Assembly (NCBI GenBank): GCA_021613535.1
Contig: CP075492.1
Span: forward strand, 3,534,001 to 3,598,000
Length of the DNA: 64,000 nt
Direction of reading: 5' to 3'
Source: Adineta vaga
Lineage: Eukaryota; Animalia; Rotifera
The translations under genes were made by a program, and so were the position numbers. This document shows, piece by piece, positions 22,526 to 34,089 of the stretch. The notes below the pieces were generated by a model. It had not been told where the DNA came from. It saw nothing but the letters and a program-made list of their open reading frames with translations, and did not search any database. The first letter of the stretch is position 1. The number at the start of each line of letters is the position of its first letter.

Positions 22526-23188
22526 ATCTGAATTAGAATTAAATTAAGAAAAAATAAAGTCCTAGTACGTTAATGCTCATGTGAATAGAAATGAATACTT
22601 GTACTTAGATAGTAATAAATCCATCATTTGATTGTAGTGTATGAAAAAGTACTGATGTTTAGTTTTCATTTTTCCTTATATGAATTTCATCAGAAACAAA
22701 AATGCCTCAACTCCGATCAAAACTAAATCTATTTCGACTGACTCATTCGAATTGTTCTCTCTATAGTATATTAAAACAAATGCGTTTTTACCAATCAATA
22801 TATATAAAGTTTTCCTCCTATTTAAATATGCAAAAACAACATTCGATCAATCAAATTTGTGCACCGTCACTATAGAACGACTTTTCTTCATTTTTTGCTC
22901 CGTAACGCAAAAACAATCTTTTATCCTACTGTCAATCAATTGTCCATATAACTTTTCTTTGTTCGACAATTATTCAAGGTTTTATTTCTTTGTATCATAA
23001 ACGTGCATATTCAAATGACGATGTTTTGCTATTACTCAACATGCTTGTTATATAAAATGAATAACCATGTATATCGAGGAGACAAAAGTTGCGAAACATC
23101 TGTGTAAACTATTCGTATTTGTTATATAAACGTCCATTCTATGAAAATTAAGCGAAAAAATATTAAAAGAAGAAAATAAATGTATGTT

Positions 23189-26100
23189 TTAAATTCCGTA
23201 TCGAATTCGATGTAAACGAGTTTGTATTGCTATTCGATATTGATGGAAAATTTTCAAGAATTTCTTCTTATATAATTTTGACGGCAAAATAAATAAGAAA
23301 AATGTAAATATTGATGGACTAAATGACATGAAATATCCGAAAAGAAATGTTTTGGATTCATTCGGTGATTCAACACAATTTGTAATAAGATAAATAATCA
23401 TACTAGGTGATGCTAAAAATACCAGAAAAAGAGGACTTAGAAGAACTTCTTTTTGTTGTCGAAATTGTTCATGTAATTGTCTTCTATCGTATGTTTGATT
23501 AGTTCGTTGAATTCGATAATGTCGAGTTAGTTTCATTAATATGAGAATAACTGCCATACAATTAACCAAGAATGGAACAAAGAAATGAAACATATTAATA
23601 ATTGAATCATATAGAATCATTTGATCAGAATAAGTAACAATACACCAAATACGTTTTTCATCTTCATCACCATCATCAATTAAACGTTGATGAAATGGTT
23701 CATGTATAGCTGTACCAATTGTCAAGAGAAGAACAATAATTATCACATATTTAGCAATAATTTTACTTTTCTTTTTATTAAAACGATCTTCTTGTATTGT
23801 TGAAATGGCTTGTTCAACAGCGACACATGTATTTAACCATTGATCAATACTAAGAGCAATTCGTAGAAAAATATCAACAAATAAACATTGAAATCGTAGA
23901 AATGATCGATTCGTTATTGGAACCATTTGTGATGTGACTAAAATCCAAAATTTGAGAAAAAAAACGATTGTTGTAAATAAACTCGCAATCGATGAACCTA
24001 ATAAATAAAAAGCACAACCCGTAGTTCGAAGATCTTTTTCTCTGAATGTCATAATTCCAATAAGACTATTAACAAATCCAACTGTTCCCATAATGATCGT
24101 TAATATTCCACTTATTTTAACAATAATAGGTTGACGCCAAATTTGAATATGTGGAAGAATATGATACCCTAAGAGAGCATCAAGTGAATGACCAAAACCA
24201 TTCGAACGAAATTGACATAGTCTACCATAAGAACATGCTGAACAAAGACAAATCGATGTTTGAGGACATTGAACATTATCTTGTAAACATTTTCCTCCAT
24301 TTTCACAATGATTTCTTCCAAAACAATCGGGCTTTTTTGTTAAATTATATTCTACACAATTAGATAGACGTTCGAAACCAAATTGATAACAAAAACAAAA
24401 GTATTTTTCATCATAAAAACAAGATAATTCGAATGACAAGTCTTGACATGGTATTTGATAATATTTCATTCGACGAATGAAATGTAATTGAAGAATTGTT
24501 TGATTAAATATTTCATTTACATGTTTACAACGATCATTTGCAGAAACACTTTTCTTAATTGTTTGTGTTGGTTGAAATAGTTTTTGAACAATAAGTAGAT
24601 AATAATTACTTGTGGTAAGTTCAATGAAAGCTACATGAAAAGGATGTGTCCAATAAATAGTAATATTATTGGGAATAATTGGAATGATTTTAAATGTTGT
24701 ACCATTTTCTGCTGGAGCATTATTCATTGCACGAATAAAATGAATAATCATTGCTTGAGGTAAACTCATTGTTTGATCAAATGAAATAAGAATTTTAGTA
24801 TCAGTCAATTCACATCGTTCGCCAGTAAATCCACGTGGACAAATACATTTAAATTTTTTCATTGATATAATATCTTCATTAAACGGAATACATTGACCAT
24901 TATTATAACATGTTATATTACTATTCGATTGACAAATACTAGTTGTAAGTAAACATCGAGGACCAAATTTATTTATTGGACAAACACAAACAGATCGATT
25001 ATTTGCTGAAATACCAAGGCATAATGAATCCGGTGAACATGAACATGTATATTTCATAGTACAAAAATGTCCAGACCATCCATGATAACATTGACAAAAT
25101 GAACTATTATTTGGATGATTGAAATATCTTCTGCATTGACCATGTATACAACGATGATCTGTACATTGTTTTTCAATATCATATGTTCGTGGAATGTATA
25201 GAAGAGTTGAAATACGTTGAACAGGTAAAAATGGAAAATCAACAGCAACGAATAAACTTCTTCGATAGGTCAATGTCATTTTTTCATAAATATCAATATG
25301 TATTGAATAATTTCTTGTACGATCTTTTGGTCGATGTGCATAAAGTAAATAGATATTGAACTTTGTATCACAATCTCGTATTGATAAATAATTTATTTGT
25401 TGATATGAATGAATTAATCGTTGATCACTATCATCAATAAGTGAAATAATGATCAGAAATGGTATTCTTAGCGAATCAAAAAAGACTTGAAATCGTACAG
25501 TAAAACTAATCCGTTCATTTTGATATTGACAGGTATCACCATAATAACTCGGCGGACAAAGACATGTTCTACTTGTTATATTTTTCTCGATATTTAACCA
25601 AACTCGCATATCCAAACCACGGTGACAACGTAAATCATCTCGATGAGATTTATCAAATGTCAATACATCCAACGATACTGTCTTACGAGTATTAAGAGTT
25701 TGTTTGAAATCAATTGAAAAATGTAATGGTATTTCTCGTCTATTATCATCAGGCAAGTCACAAAAGTATGTCTCTACATCAGTACGAACAAAATCATAAT
25801 TAGGCCAACACATTGATGTAAATAAAGAATCAAGTTGTATCTGACAAAATTGAAAATCTTCACCAAACATGCACTGCTGTCTTTGATTATTGCACAAATA
25901 TGAAGAATGTGCACAAATGCCAGATATATTTGTTTTACAGTAAAAATTTTCTGACTTTTGTATATAAGTATTTGTACGACATAATTTCGGTTCATCAGTA
26001 CCACCAAGACAATCGATATTATGATCATTTGCTTTCTCAATTGGTAAACACATAAAAGAATTCGTTTCCGGTGAAACACATATATGATGATGTACTGAAC

Positions 26101-27949
26101 AATTAATCAATGGTCGTTTTAAATCACAATCAATTTCATCAGCTCCATTAAAACAATTCCAGTACTGATTACAACGTGTATATGTATTATTACATGACCA
26201 ATAATGACATTCAGTTTCATCTGTATAAGCTTGTTCATTAATCATAATCGGTACTATATCAGTAAATCCATCACAAATGAGTGAAAAAGTTATTCGTTTT
26301 GCAATAAGACTTGCAGATATATATTCATCATCACATGTATCATCCTCATCATTTCGCAGACAATCACAAATTCCATCATTAATAAATATAGAAGAAATAC
26401 ATTGTTGATTCAATGAACAGTAGAATAAATTTGTCATTGGATATATCAAACAGTTCTTATCAGTTGAGTAACATTGTTCATCATCTTCGTAATTACAATC
26501 AATAATTTTATTACAAATACGATCTTTTGAAATACATTTCGATGAATTTATACAACGATACATATCGGCATGATTACAAATCAATTTATCATTATATCGA
26601 ATTGTATTACATTTATAAAGTTCTAGAAATACTTGGTCAATATATAATACTATTCCTACTTCAAAGATCCATGGTGATAAATTATAAAAGTCTATGGAAA
26701 AATCTTCTGGTCGACGACATGTTGTATTTTGAAATGAGAAAATTGTCGAATTAGTTATTAAACCATCGCAGAATTGATTATTATAACATATATATTGTGG
26801 TGGATGTGCTCGATTAGGAATGTATTTTGCATCGATTTTTGTATAAAGAAAATAAATATGACCAAATAAAATCGGTCCTGTTGGTATAAATAACATATCT
26901 GGACAATTTTTTTCAACAATTTCTTCACATTTTCCATCTGAACACAGTGTCGAACATTCAAAATCAACTGAATCTGGTGTATTAACAATACATTGAAATG
27001 CAGACCAACAAATATCATTTATTGATTGTGATTTTTCTGAATACATTGCTGTTAAAAGTAGATGCTGCCGTCCTGGAGAACAAGATCGAGTAAGAACTGT
27101 AACATATAATCCAAATCGACTTCGACAAATGATATCTTCGTAAAAAAAAGTTGGTTCAAGATATTTGTCGTTCACAGGCAAATCAAAATGAGGAGCAACT
27201 CCTTCATCACTTCCATCCAGACAATCAAACAAACCGTCATTTTCATGAAAAAAGCTTCTCGGTATGCATTGTCTATTATAACATTGAAATTCATTTTCTT
27301 TACATTTAAGAATTTCAATTGGCCAACAATATTCTTCATCATTGCCATCAATACAATCAACAATACCATCGCATATTTCTGTCCAATCAAGACATGCTGA
27401 TAACGAACCACGATTACATTCTAAATGTACATAACAAGTTAATGTATCTGGTTTATATTCATTATCATAATAAAAATTATATACGAGATCATTCAATGAT
27501 GAATAACGTGAATCATAGAAATCAAATGAATATTGACAATATGAACCGAATCTTGGTAAAGTACAATTATAGAAGATTTGTCTTGATAATAAGATTTCAT
27601 TTGTTGTTAACATTTGATTGAGATAAATTTGATAATTTTCAGCAATATCAATCGATGATGACCAAAGATATAATTGTTGACTTGTTATGTGTTGTTGAGA
27701 AAGTTCAAGAAACGTTAATTTTTTATCCGAATGATTTTCTTCAGTAAACCATTGTGATGATGATTCACTTAAACAGTATGAAATTATTTCATATAGTGGT
27801 TTCCTTTGAAATGAAAGCTCAATTTGAAGACAATCATGATAAAATTGATCGATCGAATTTGACCAATCAGTTAGATGAAAATTGATTTGTATGTTGAGAA
27901 AACATGAAGGAATAAAAAACAGGAGAAGTAAGATACTGTCGAACGACAT
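23189..27949 (-). CDS. Giant LDLa/EGF-repeat ectodomain 7TM receptor (copy 1), intronless
   Basis: Signal peptide, LDLa repeats (CLDWTEICDGIVDCIDGNDEEYC), EGF repeats (CICPRGFTGERCE), C-terminal rhodopsin-like 7TM region. Confidence 0.88.
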   Translation of the reverse strand: MSFDSILLLLFFIPSCFLNIQINFHLTDWSNSIDQFYHDCLQIELSFQRKPLYEIISYCLSESSSQWFTEENHSDKKLTFLELSQQHITSQQLYLWSSSIDIAENYQIYLNQMLTTNEILLSRQIFYNCTLPRFGSYCQYSFDFYDSRYSSLNDLVYNFYYDNEYKPDTLTCYVHLECNRGSLSACLDWTEICDGIVDCIDGNDEEYCWPIEILKCKENEFQCYNRQCIPRSFFHENDGLFDCLDGSDEGVAPHFDLPVNDKYLEPTFFYEDIICRSRFGLYVTVLTRSCSPGRQHLLLTAMYSEKSQSINDICWSAFQCIVNTPDSVDFECSTLCSDGKCEEIVEKNCPDMLFIPTGPILFGHIYFLYTKIDAKYIPNRAHPPQYICYNNQFCDGLITNSTIFSFQNTTCRRPEDFSIDFYNLSPWIFEVGIVLYIDQVFLELYKCNTIRYNDKLICNHADMYRCINSSKCISKDRICNKIIDCNYEDDEQCYSTDKNCLIYPMTNLFYCSLNQQCISSIFINDGICDCLRNDEDDTCDDEYISASLIAKRITFSLICDGFTDIVPIMINEQAYTDETECHYWSCNNTYTRCNQYWNCFNGADEIDCDLKRPLINCSVHHHICVSPETNSFMCLPIEKANDHNIDCLGGTDEPKLCRTNTYIQKSENFYCKTNISGICAHSSYLCNNQRQQCMFGEDFQFCQIQLDSLFTSMCWPNYDFVRTDVETYFCDLPDDNRREIPLHFSIDFKQTLNTRKTVSLDVLTFDKSHRDDLRCHRGLDMRVWLNIEKNITSRTCLCPPSYYGDTCQYQNERISFTVRFQVFFDSLRIPFLIIISLIDDSDQRLIHSYQQINYLSIRDCDTKFNIYLLYAHRPKDRTRNYSIHIDIYEKMTLTYRRSLFVAVDFPFLPVQRISTLLYIPRTYDIEKQCTDHRCIHGQCRRYFNHPNNSSFCQCYHGWSGHFCTMKYTCSCSPDSLCLGISANNRSVCVCPINKFGPRCLLTTSICQSNSNITCYNNGQCIPFNEDIISMKKFKCICPRGFTGERCELTDTKILISFDQTMSLPQAMIIHFIRAMNNAPAENGTTFKIIPIIPNNITIYWTHPFHVAFIELTTSNYYLLIVQKLFQPTQTIKKSVSANDRCKHVNEIFNQTILQLHFIRRMKYYQIPCQDLSFELSCFYDEKYFCFCYQFGFERLSNCVEYNLTKKPDCFGRNHCENGGKCLQDNVQCPQTSICLCSACSYGRLCQFRSNGFGHSLDALLGYHILPHIQIWRQPIIVKISGILTIIMGTVGFVNSLIGIMTFREKDLRTTGCAFYLLGSSIASLFTTIVFFLKFWILVTSQMVPITNRSFLRFQCLFVDIFLRIALSIDQWLNTCVAVEQAISTIQEDRFNKKKSKIIAKYVIIIVLLLTIGTAIHEPFHQRLIDDGDEDEKRIWCIVTYSDQMILYDSIINMFHFFVPFLVNCMAVILILMKLTRHYRIQRTNQTYDRRQLHEQFRQQKEVLLSPLFLVFLASPSMIIYLITNCVESPNESKTFLFGYFMSFSPSIFTFFLFILPSKLYKKKFLKIFHQYRIAIQTRLHRIRYGI

Positions 27950-28272
27950 ACGTTAATTCTCTTACTGATTAACTAGTTTTAACAAAAATATTACAAATAT
28001 TGAACAAAGTTATCAATTCCGCCGGTTTTTTTCTCTACAAAATATCAACGCTTCCTGTCATGCAAAACTCGATTAACATGAGTTTTTTTTATCGTTACGT
28101 CTTTGTCGTATTCAAATAAAGAATATTTCTTTTTCCCTTGATAAATTATCAATTGAATGAAAGAGAATGAGAAGATTTTATTTTAATTAATAGAATGGAT
28201 ATGAATGAGAAAATAATCGAAACTGATTAGACGATTTTTCTAAGAGTAGAGAAATATGTATTAAATCAGCAT

Positions 28273-28374
28273 GCTGCGATGGCCGAGTGGTTAAGGCGTC
28301 TGACTAGAACGATGAAAATGACACATAGTTATCAGATGGGTTCTCCCGCGTAGGTTCGAATCCTACTCGCAGCG
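28273..28374 (+). tRNA. tRNA-Ser(AGA) with 21-nt intron (28310-28330)
   Basis: GCTGCGA/TCGCAGC acceptor stem with G discriminator, A box TGGCCGAGTGG, anticodon arm TCTGA-CT-AGA-A[intron]A-TCAGA, long variable arm, GGTTCGAATCC B box, downstream T-run. Confidence 0.9.
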
Positions 28375-28391
28375 TTTCTTTTTTGTTATGA

Positions 28392-31300
28392 TTAAATATG
28401 TAAACGTCGTTGTACAATAGTTTTATATTGAACAATAGATTTATGAAATTCTTCTTTATAAAATTTCGATGGTAATACAAATATAATAAAAGTAAGCATT
28501 GCTGGAATAAATGAAATAAAATATCCCGAAAGAAATAACCATGAATCATTACTTGATTCCATACATTTTGAAACGTAAGAAAGAATTAAACGTGGTAATG
28601 CAAGAATAACCAAGACAACAGGTGAAATAAATAAATGTTTCTGTTGTCGATAATTTTCACGTAAAATTTCTTTAAAATTTCGTTTTGTTTCAATAGTTAA
28701 TTGTTGACGAGATTTTTTTGTTATAAGAATTAAAGCTGATATAAAATTAATTAGAAATGGAGCAAAAAATTGAAATGAATTTATAATAGAATTATAGATT
28801 TGTAAATTCGATGAATAAGTAACAACACACCAAATTCGTTTATCATTTCCTTCTTCATCTTGTTCATCAATTAAATGTCGATAAATTGGTTCATGAATAA
28901 ATATACTCATATTGAAAATAATAACAATGATAATGATTAATTTAGCTATTTGTTTACTTTTTCTTTTATCAAAACTCGTACCTTTAATAATTGTTGTTGC
29001 TCGTTCACATGCAACACATGCATTTAACCATTGATCTATATGAAGAAAGACTCGTAGAAGATAATCTAATGAAATACATTGAATTTGTAAAAATAATCGA
29101 TTGAATCTTTGAGATATTTGTGCAAAAATAAGAATCCAAAATTTCAATGCAAATAGAATTATTATAATCAATGTTGTTATTGATGAACCTAATAAATAGA
29201 TTCCACAACCGACTTCACGTAAACTTTTATTCTTAAATGTTATCATTGTTAATATTCCATTAATAAAACCTCCGAGAATAAAAACAATATTTAATAAAAT
29301 ACTGATTTTAATAATATTTGATTGATATTTTATACTAATTAATGATTGAATATGATAACCAAGAATATTGTCAAGTGATAAACTTAATCCACTTGTTGTA
29401 AATTGACATCGTCGTCCATAAAAACATGAACGACAAAGACATGTCGATTTTTTATCACAATCTAATCCAATTTGAAAACATTCACCATCATTTATACATT
29501 CATTTTCTCCTAAACAATCAAATTTCATTGTATGATTAAATAGAAAACAATTTGTTAATCGTTGTTGATAATAACCATAACAAAAACATAAATGAATATC
29601 ATCATAAAAACATGAAAGATTTAAAAGTAAATTTTCACATGGTAAATGATAATATTTCATACGTTGAAGAAGTTTATATGAAAGAATTGTTTTATTAAAT
29701 AATTCATTAATATGTTGACAACGATCTCTTGTTTTAATTTCTTTTGTTATATTTTCTAATGGTTTATCATTAGTTTCAATAGTAATTAAATAATAATTCT
29801 TTTTTAAATCTTCAATAAAAACCATATGAAATGTTTGAGACCAATAAATAATAATTGAATCTTTCATCGAATAGATTGACTTAAAAGTTGTTGTTCTATT
29901 CGGTTGAAAACTTAAACTATTTTCAATAAAATGAATAAATATTGTTTGTAAGAAATTAAAATTAGTTTCGAATGATAAATGAATTTGATAATTTTTTACT
30001 TCACAATTAACACCACTAAAACCTTCAGAACAAATACACGTATATCTGTTATCCAAAAAGTTTCGATATGGATCAGATGGAATACATTGACCATGATTTT
30101 GACATATGGAATGATTATTTCGTTGACATATTGTATTGGTAAGAAAACATCGAGGACCAAATTTATGTGTTGGACAAATACATATCGATCGATTATGAAT
30201 ATCTATACCGATACATTTCGAATCAGATGAACAATTACAATTAAGAATAGATGGAATTTGACAATATTTTCCTGACCAACCGGAATAACATTGACAAAAA
30301 TATTGATCATGTTGAGTATTTAAATATATCATACATTTACCATGAATACATTGATGTTTTGAACAATGTTGACTTTTATAATCAATTGGTGGAATATTAA
30401 TTGTCAATTGAAAACGATGAATAGGTAAAATTGAATTTAGTATTGGAAATACTAAACTTCCACGATAGACAAATGAATTTTTTTCATAAATATCAATGTG
30501 TATTGAATAATTTCTTGTTTGATTTCTTGTTCGAGTTGAATAAAATAAATAATGATGATATTGCTGTTGACAATCTCGAAAAAATAAATAATTCATTTGT
30601 TCATATGAATGAATAATTCTTTCATAACTATCATCGATAAGTAAAAGAATAATTTCAAATGGTATTCGTCGAGAATCTGAAAACGTTTGAATTGTTTTAA
30701 TAATTAAACTAATTCGTTGATTTTGATATTGACATTGTTCACCATAATAATTAACTGGACAAAGACATGTAGATTTTGATAAACTATTATTTAACCAAAT
30801 ACGTAAATGTAATCCTTTATAACATCGATTTTCATTATTAAATTTAAATAATTCATTTGTCGATATTTTTGAAAGTAAAATATTTTTCGAGAAATAGTTT
30901 GTTATACCATAATATGACCAAAATAATTTTAGTCGTATATTTTCATATGTAAACGTATTACATAGAAATGTCTGCAACTTTCTTTGATATTGTAAATTAT
31001 TTGAAAGATAGGTTAATTCTGAACAAATCTTTCCACTAAATAAATGTTCCGTAGTACAGCATAAATTGTTAAAATCAATACATGTTCCGAAACCATTTCT
31101 TAGAGAATAATAATTGTCAATGGAATATCGAGACAGTTTTTTACATATTTTTGGTTCATCATATGCACCGAGACAATCGATTTTATTATCATTGATATTC
31201 GTCATTGATAAACACATCATTTGATTTGTGTGAGCTGAAACACATAGATGTTCATCAGAAGAACATGGAATTAGTGGGAAATCATCACAACCAAGTTCAT

Positions 31301-32876
31301 CTTCACCATTTAAACAATGCCAAAAGTTATCACAACGAGTATATATCGTATTACATGGCCAATGATCACAATCAGTTTCATCAGTTTGATTTTGTCCATT
31401 CATTATCCTTGGTAATAATTCATTATATTTATCACAAATATATTGAAATAAAATACGTCTCTTATATCGAATCGCTTTTGTATTATGTAAACATGAATAA
31501 TACATATATTCACCATCATGCATCAAACTAATTTCATCTCTAATCCACGGTATATCATCATCGGGAACACATATAACTTCAATAAAATCTTCATCAGATG
31601 TAATAAAAGATTTTGATAATTGCATATATGAATTTGGAACCTGATTGTAAGCTTTAAATGTATCATATGTCAATTGCAAATATTTTAAGTCAAAAACACG
31701 ACTCGCATTCAAAGAAGACAATGAAATATTGCTCCGATAGCATTGTCTATAATTAAATAATACCATTGATCTATGAACAAAATAATTATCATAACGAGAA
31801 TCATTATAACAAATATAAGGATCTTGAAATTGTCCACGATTGAATATTTTCGAATCAGTTTTTTCATAGGCAAAATAAATATTAGTAAATAGAATTGGAA
31901 CACTTGGTATATAAAACATTGGTGGACATTCATGTTCAATAATTTCAATACATTTATCATTTGAACAGAAATTGTTACAAATTGAACCTAATGAAATTGA
32001 TATCGGTAAAATACATCGAAATGCTGACCAACAATTATCTGTTGTTGAATTGTCTTTCACAGAAAACATTGCTTCAAGTAATCGTTTTTGACGTGATTTT
32101 GTGCAAGAACTTGTTAAAGGTGATTCATCACATTTAACATCTTCAAGAAAATAAATTGGTGGATAACCAATCATATTGTCGGCAAATCTATCGATTGTCA
32201 TTGTACTCTTATAAATTTGATAGTCCTTATCAACTTGTGAACAATGTTCTTCATCAAATGGACCATCGAGACAATCGAATTTTCCATCACAAACTTCAGT
32301 CCAATCCAAACAAGATGGGAATGGGCCACGATTGCATTTTATATGACTATAACATGATAAATTATCCGAAATATCTTTATTTAAAAAATAGGAAACTACT
32401 ACATAACTTTGTAACGAAGGATATGAATAAAGATTTTCCAATTCATATTGACACATGGAACCAAATCTGTGTAATGGACAATGGTAGATAGTTTCCTGTT
32501 CCATCATTTGACTATTTGGTGTTGATAATTGATTTAAATAGGATTGATATCGTTCAATAAGATCTATTGGCGCTGACCAATCATATAATTGTTCACTGGT
32601 AATGTTTTTTTCTGATAGTTCAACAAAAGTAAAATGTGGAAAAACAACATCGTTTGGTTGAATAGGATAGTTGGGTGTTAATTCATTCATACAATAAGAA
32701 GTTATTTGTAAAGTTTTATCTACTGCCCATGAATCCACAGTAACACGAAGACAATTATAATATAATGCATTATCACCATTATTATTTGCCTCATCTGTAT
32801 TGAATAAATTCAATTCAGACATCGTAATGATCGAATACGAAAGTATAAAATACAATAGATATATCGTTGAAAACAT
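28392..32876 (-). CDS. Giant LDLa/EGF-repeat ectodomain 7TM receptor (copy 2), intronless
   Basis: Clear paralogue of 23189..27949 (CLDWTEVCDG, DETDCDHWPCN, CQYQNQRIS, DQWLNACVACER). Likely start MFSTIY at 32876. Confidence 0.88.
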   Translation of the reverse strand: MFSTIYLLYFILSYSIITMSELNLFNTDEANNNGDNALYYNCLRVTVDSWAVDKTLQITSYCMNELTPNYPIQPNDVVFPHFTFVELSEKNITSEQLYDWSAPIDLIERYQSYLNQLSTPNSQMMEQETIYHCPLHRFGSMCQYELENLYSYPSLQSYVVVSYFLNKDISDNLSCYSHIKCNRGPFPSCLDWTEVCDGKFDCLDGPFDEEHCSQVDKDYQIYKSTMTIDRFADNMIGYPPIYFLEDVKCDESPLTSSCTKSRQKRLLEAMFSVKDNSTTDNCWSAFRCILPISISLGSICNNFCSNDKCIEIIEHECPPMFYIPSVPILFTNIYFAYEKTDSKIFNRGQFQDPYICYNDSRYDNYFVHRSMVLFNYRQCYRSNISLSSLNASRVFDLKYLQLTYDTFKAYNQVPNSYMQLSKSFITSDEDFIEVICVPDDDIPWIRDEISLMHDGEYMYYSCLHNTKAIRYKRRILFQYICDKYNELLPRIMNGQNQTDETDCDHWPCNTIYTRCDNFWHCLNGEDELGCDDFPLIPCSSDEHLCVSAHTNQMMCLSMTNINDNKIDCLGAYDEPKICKKLSRYSIDNYYSLRNGFGTCIDFNNLCCTTEHLFSGKICSELTYLSNNLQYQRKLQTFLCNTFTYENIRLKLFWSYYGITNYFSKNILLSKISTNELFKFNNENRCYKGLHLRIWLNNSLSKSTCLCPVNYYGEQCQYQNQRISLIIKTIQTFSDSRRIPFEIILLLIDDSYERIIHSYEQMNYLFFRDCQQQYHHYLFYSTRTRNQTRNYSIHIDIYEKNSFVYRGSLVFPILNSILPIHRFQLTINIPPIDYKSQHCSKHQCIHGKCMIYLNTQHDQYFCQCYSGWSGKYCQIPSILNCNCSSDSKCIGIDIHNRSICICPTHKFGPRCFLTNTICQRNNHSICQNHGQCIPSDPYRNFLDNRYTCICSEGFSGVNCEVKNYQIHLSFETNFNFLQTIFIHFIENSLSFQPNRTTTFKSIYSMKDSIIIYWSQTFHMVFIEDLKKNYYLITIETNDKPLENITKEIKTRDRCQHINELFNKTILSYKLLQRMKYYHLPCENLLLNLSCFYDDIHLCFCYGYYQQRLTNCFLFNHTMKFDCLGENECINDGECFQIGLDCDKKSTCLCRSCFYGRRCQFTTSGLSLSLDNILGYHIQSLISIKYQSNIIKISILLNIVFILGGFINGILTMITFKNKSLREVGCGIYLLGSSITTLIIIILFALKFWILIFAQISQRFNRLFLQIQCISLDYLLRVFLHIDQWLNACVACERATTIIKGTSFDKRKSKQIAKLIIIIVIIFNMSIFIHEPIYRHLIDEQDEEGNDKRIWCVVTYSSNLQIYNSIINSFQFFAPFLINFISALILITKKSRQQLTIETKRNFKEILRENYRQQKHLFISPVVLVILALPRLILSYVSKCMESSNDSWLFLSGYFISFIPAMLTFIIFVLPSKFYKEEFHKSIVQYKTIVQRRLHI

Positions 32877-33164
32877 TATTTTAATAATAAAATGAATGTG
32901 TTCATCATAGTTCGTATTTAAATACTTCAAATTATTGTTATGACGCAAATTGCTTTATGAAATATATGAATAAATTCATTTGTTCCTGCATAAATGCAAA
33001 TAATTTTTTAGTTACTGACGTAAATCTCACAGATTTTTCTTGATAAAAAACGCCATACGCCAATAAATAGACGCATTTTCTGACACACTTTTACATCTTG
33101 AGGATGTGGATGTGGGTTAAGTGTGAATGAAAGTATTTCTTTATAATCCACACCCGTACCTTCA

Positions 33165-33465
33165 GAGTTGATCGATCTAGTTTAATCAATCAGTTAGAAT
33201 GAAAATTAATTTGCATGTTAACGAAACATGAAGGAATAAAAAACAAGAAAAGTAAGATACTGTTGAACGCCATATGTTAATTCTCTTGCTAATGAACTAG
33301 TTTTAACAAAGTTATCAATTCCGGCAGTTTTTTCTCTAAGAAAAAAAAACATTTCTATTTCAAACTGTTACATAGATGTTTTTGTTCTATCTACAAAATA
33401 TCACAACTCCGCATTAACATGATTTTGTTCTATTTTGTTTATCGTCAAGTCTTTGTCATATTTAA
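33165..33465 (-). pseudogene. Truncated duplicate of the promoter and first ~35 codons of receptor copy 1
   Basis: AAACATGAAGGAATAAAAAACAAGAAAAGTAAGATACTGTTGAACGCCAT...GTTAATTCTCTT...ACAAAGTTATCAATTCCG matches about 27845-28115; stops in frame. Confidence 0.8.
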
Positions 33466-34089
33466 ATGAATAGTAAACTTATTTTTTGTAAAAAATATTA
33501 ACCCAGGTATCTGATTGACAAACAGATGATATACAATCATTAATAGCTAGTTTATCGGCAAGATCTTGAGCTATTTTATCAAGATTTAAATCTAGTGTTA
33601 AATCTCGTACACAATGTCATTTTCGTTTTTCATTATGAACGTATGGTGGTTCCCTTTGATATATAGTCGATGTATTGTGTACAATAAGTCAATTTTCCGG
33701 TGCTAAATAAAGAAAGAAATTCTGCCTGAAAATGAACTCTTTTTCATATCTTGAGGGTGGATATGAGAGTCTCTCTTTCACTGCCTACAGTTTCATTCAG
33801 ATTCCTATCCCTACCCTCTTTATAGTTACATGCTTCGATACGGGTAGATATAGGTATGGATGAGAGTACATGTGATGAAAACAACATTACACTAAAGATG
33901 TTAACATCTATCATAATTCAGACAGAATCAATCTGATTGACATATTTTCCTCTACTGCGTAGAAAAATGAAATAGATATTTCAGAGGATATGAATATGTA
34001 AGTTCAACATTGTTATGTATTTATGATTTGCAAAAACAGAACATATAGCGATATGAGATGTCGGTATAACAACATCAAACGATGTATAG

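Noticed and set aside
28304-28549. 81-aa ORF ending TLRVGFEPTRENP
   Set aside because: Antisense translation of the tRNA gene.
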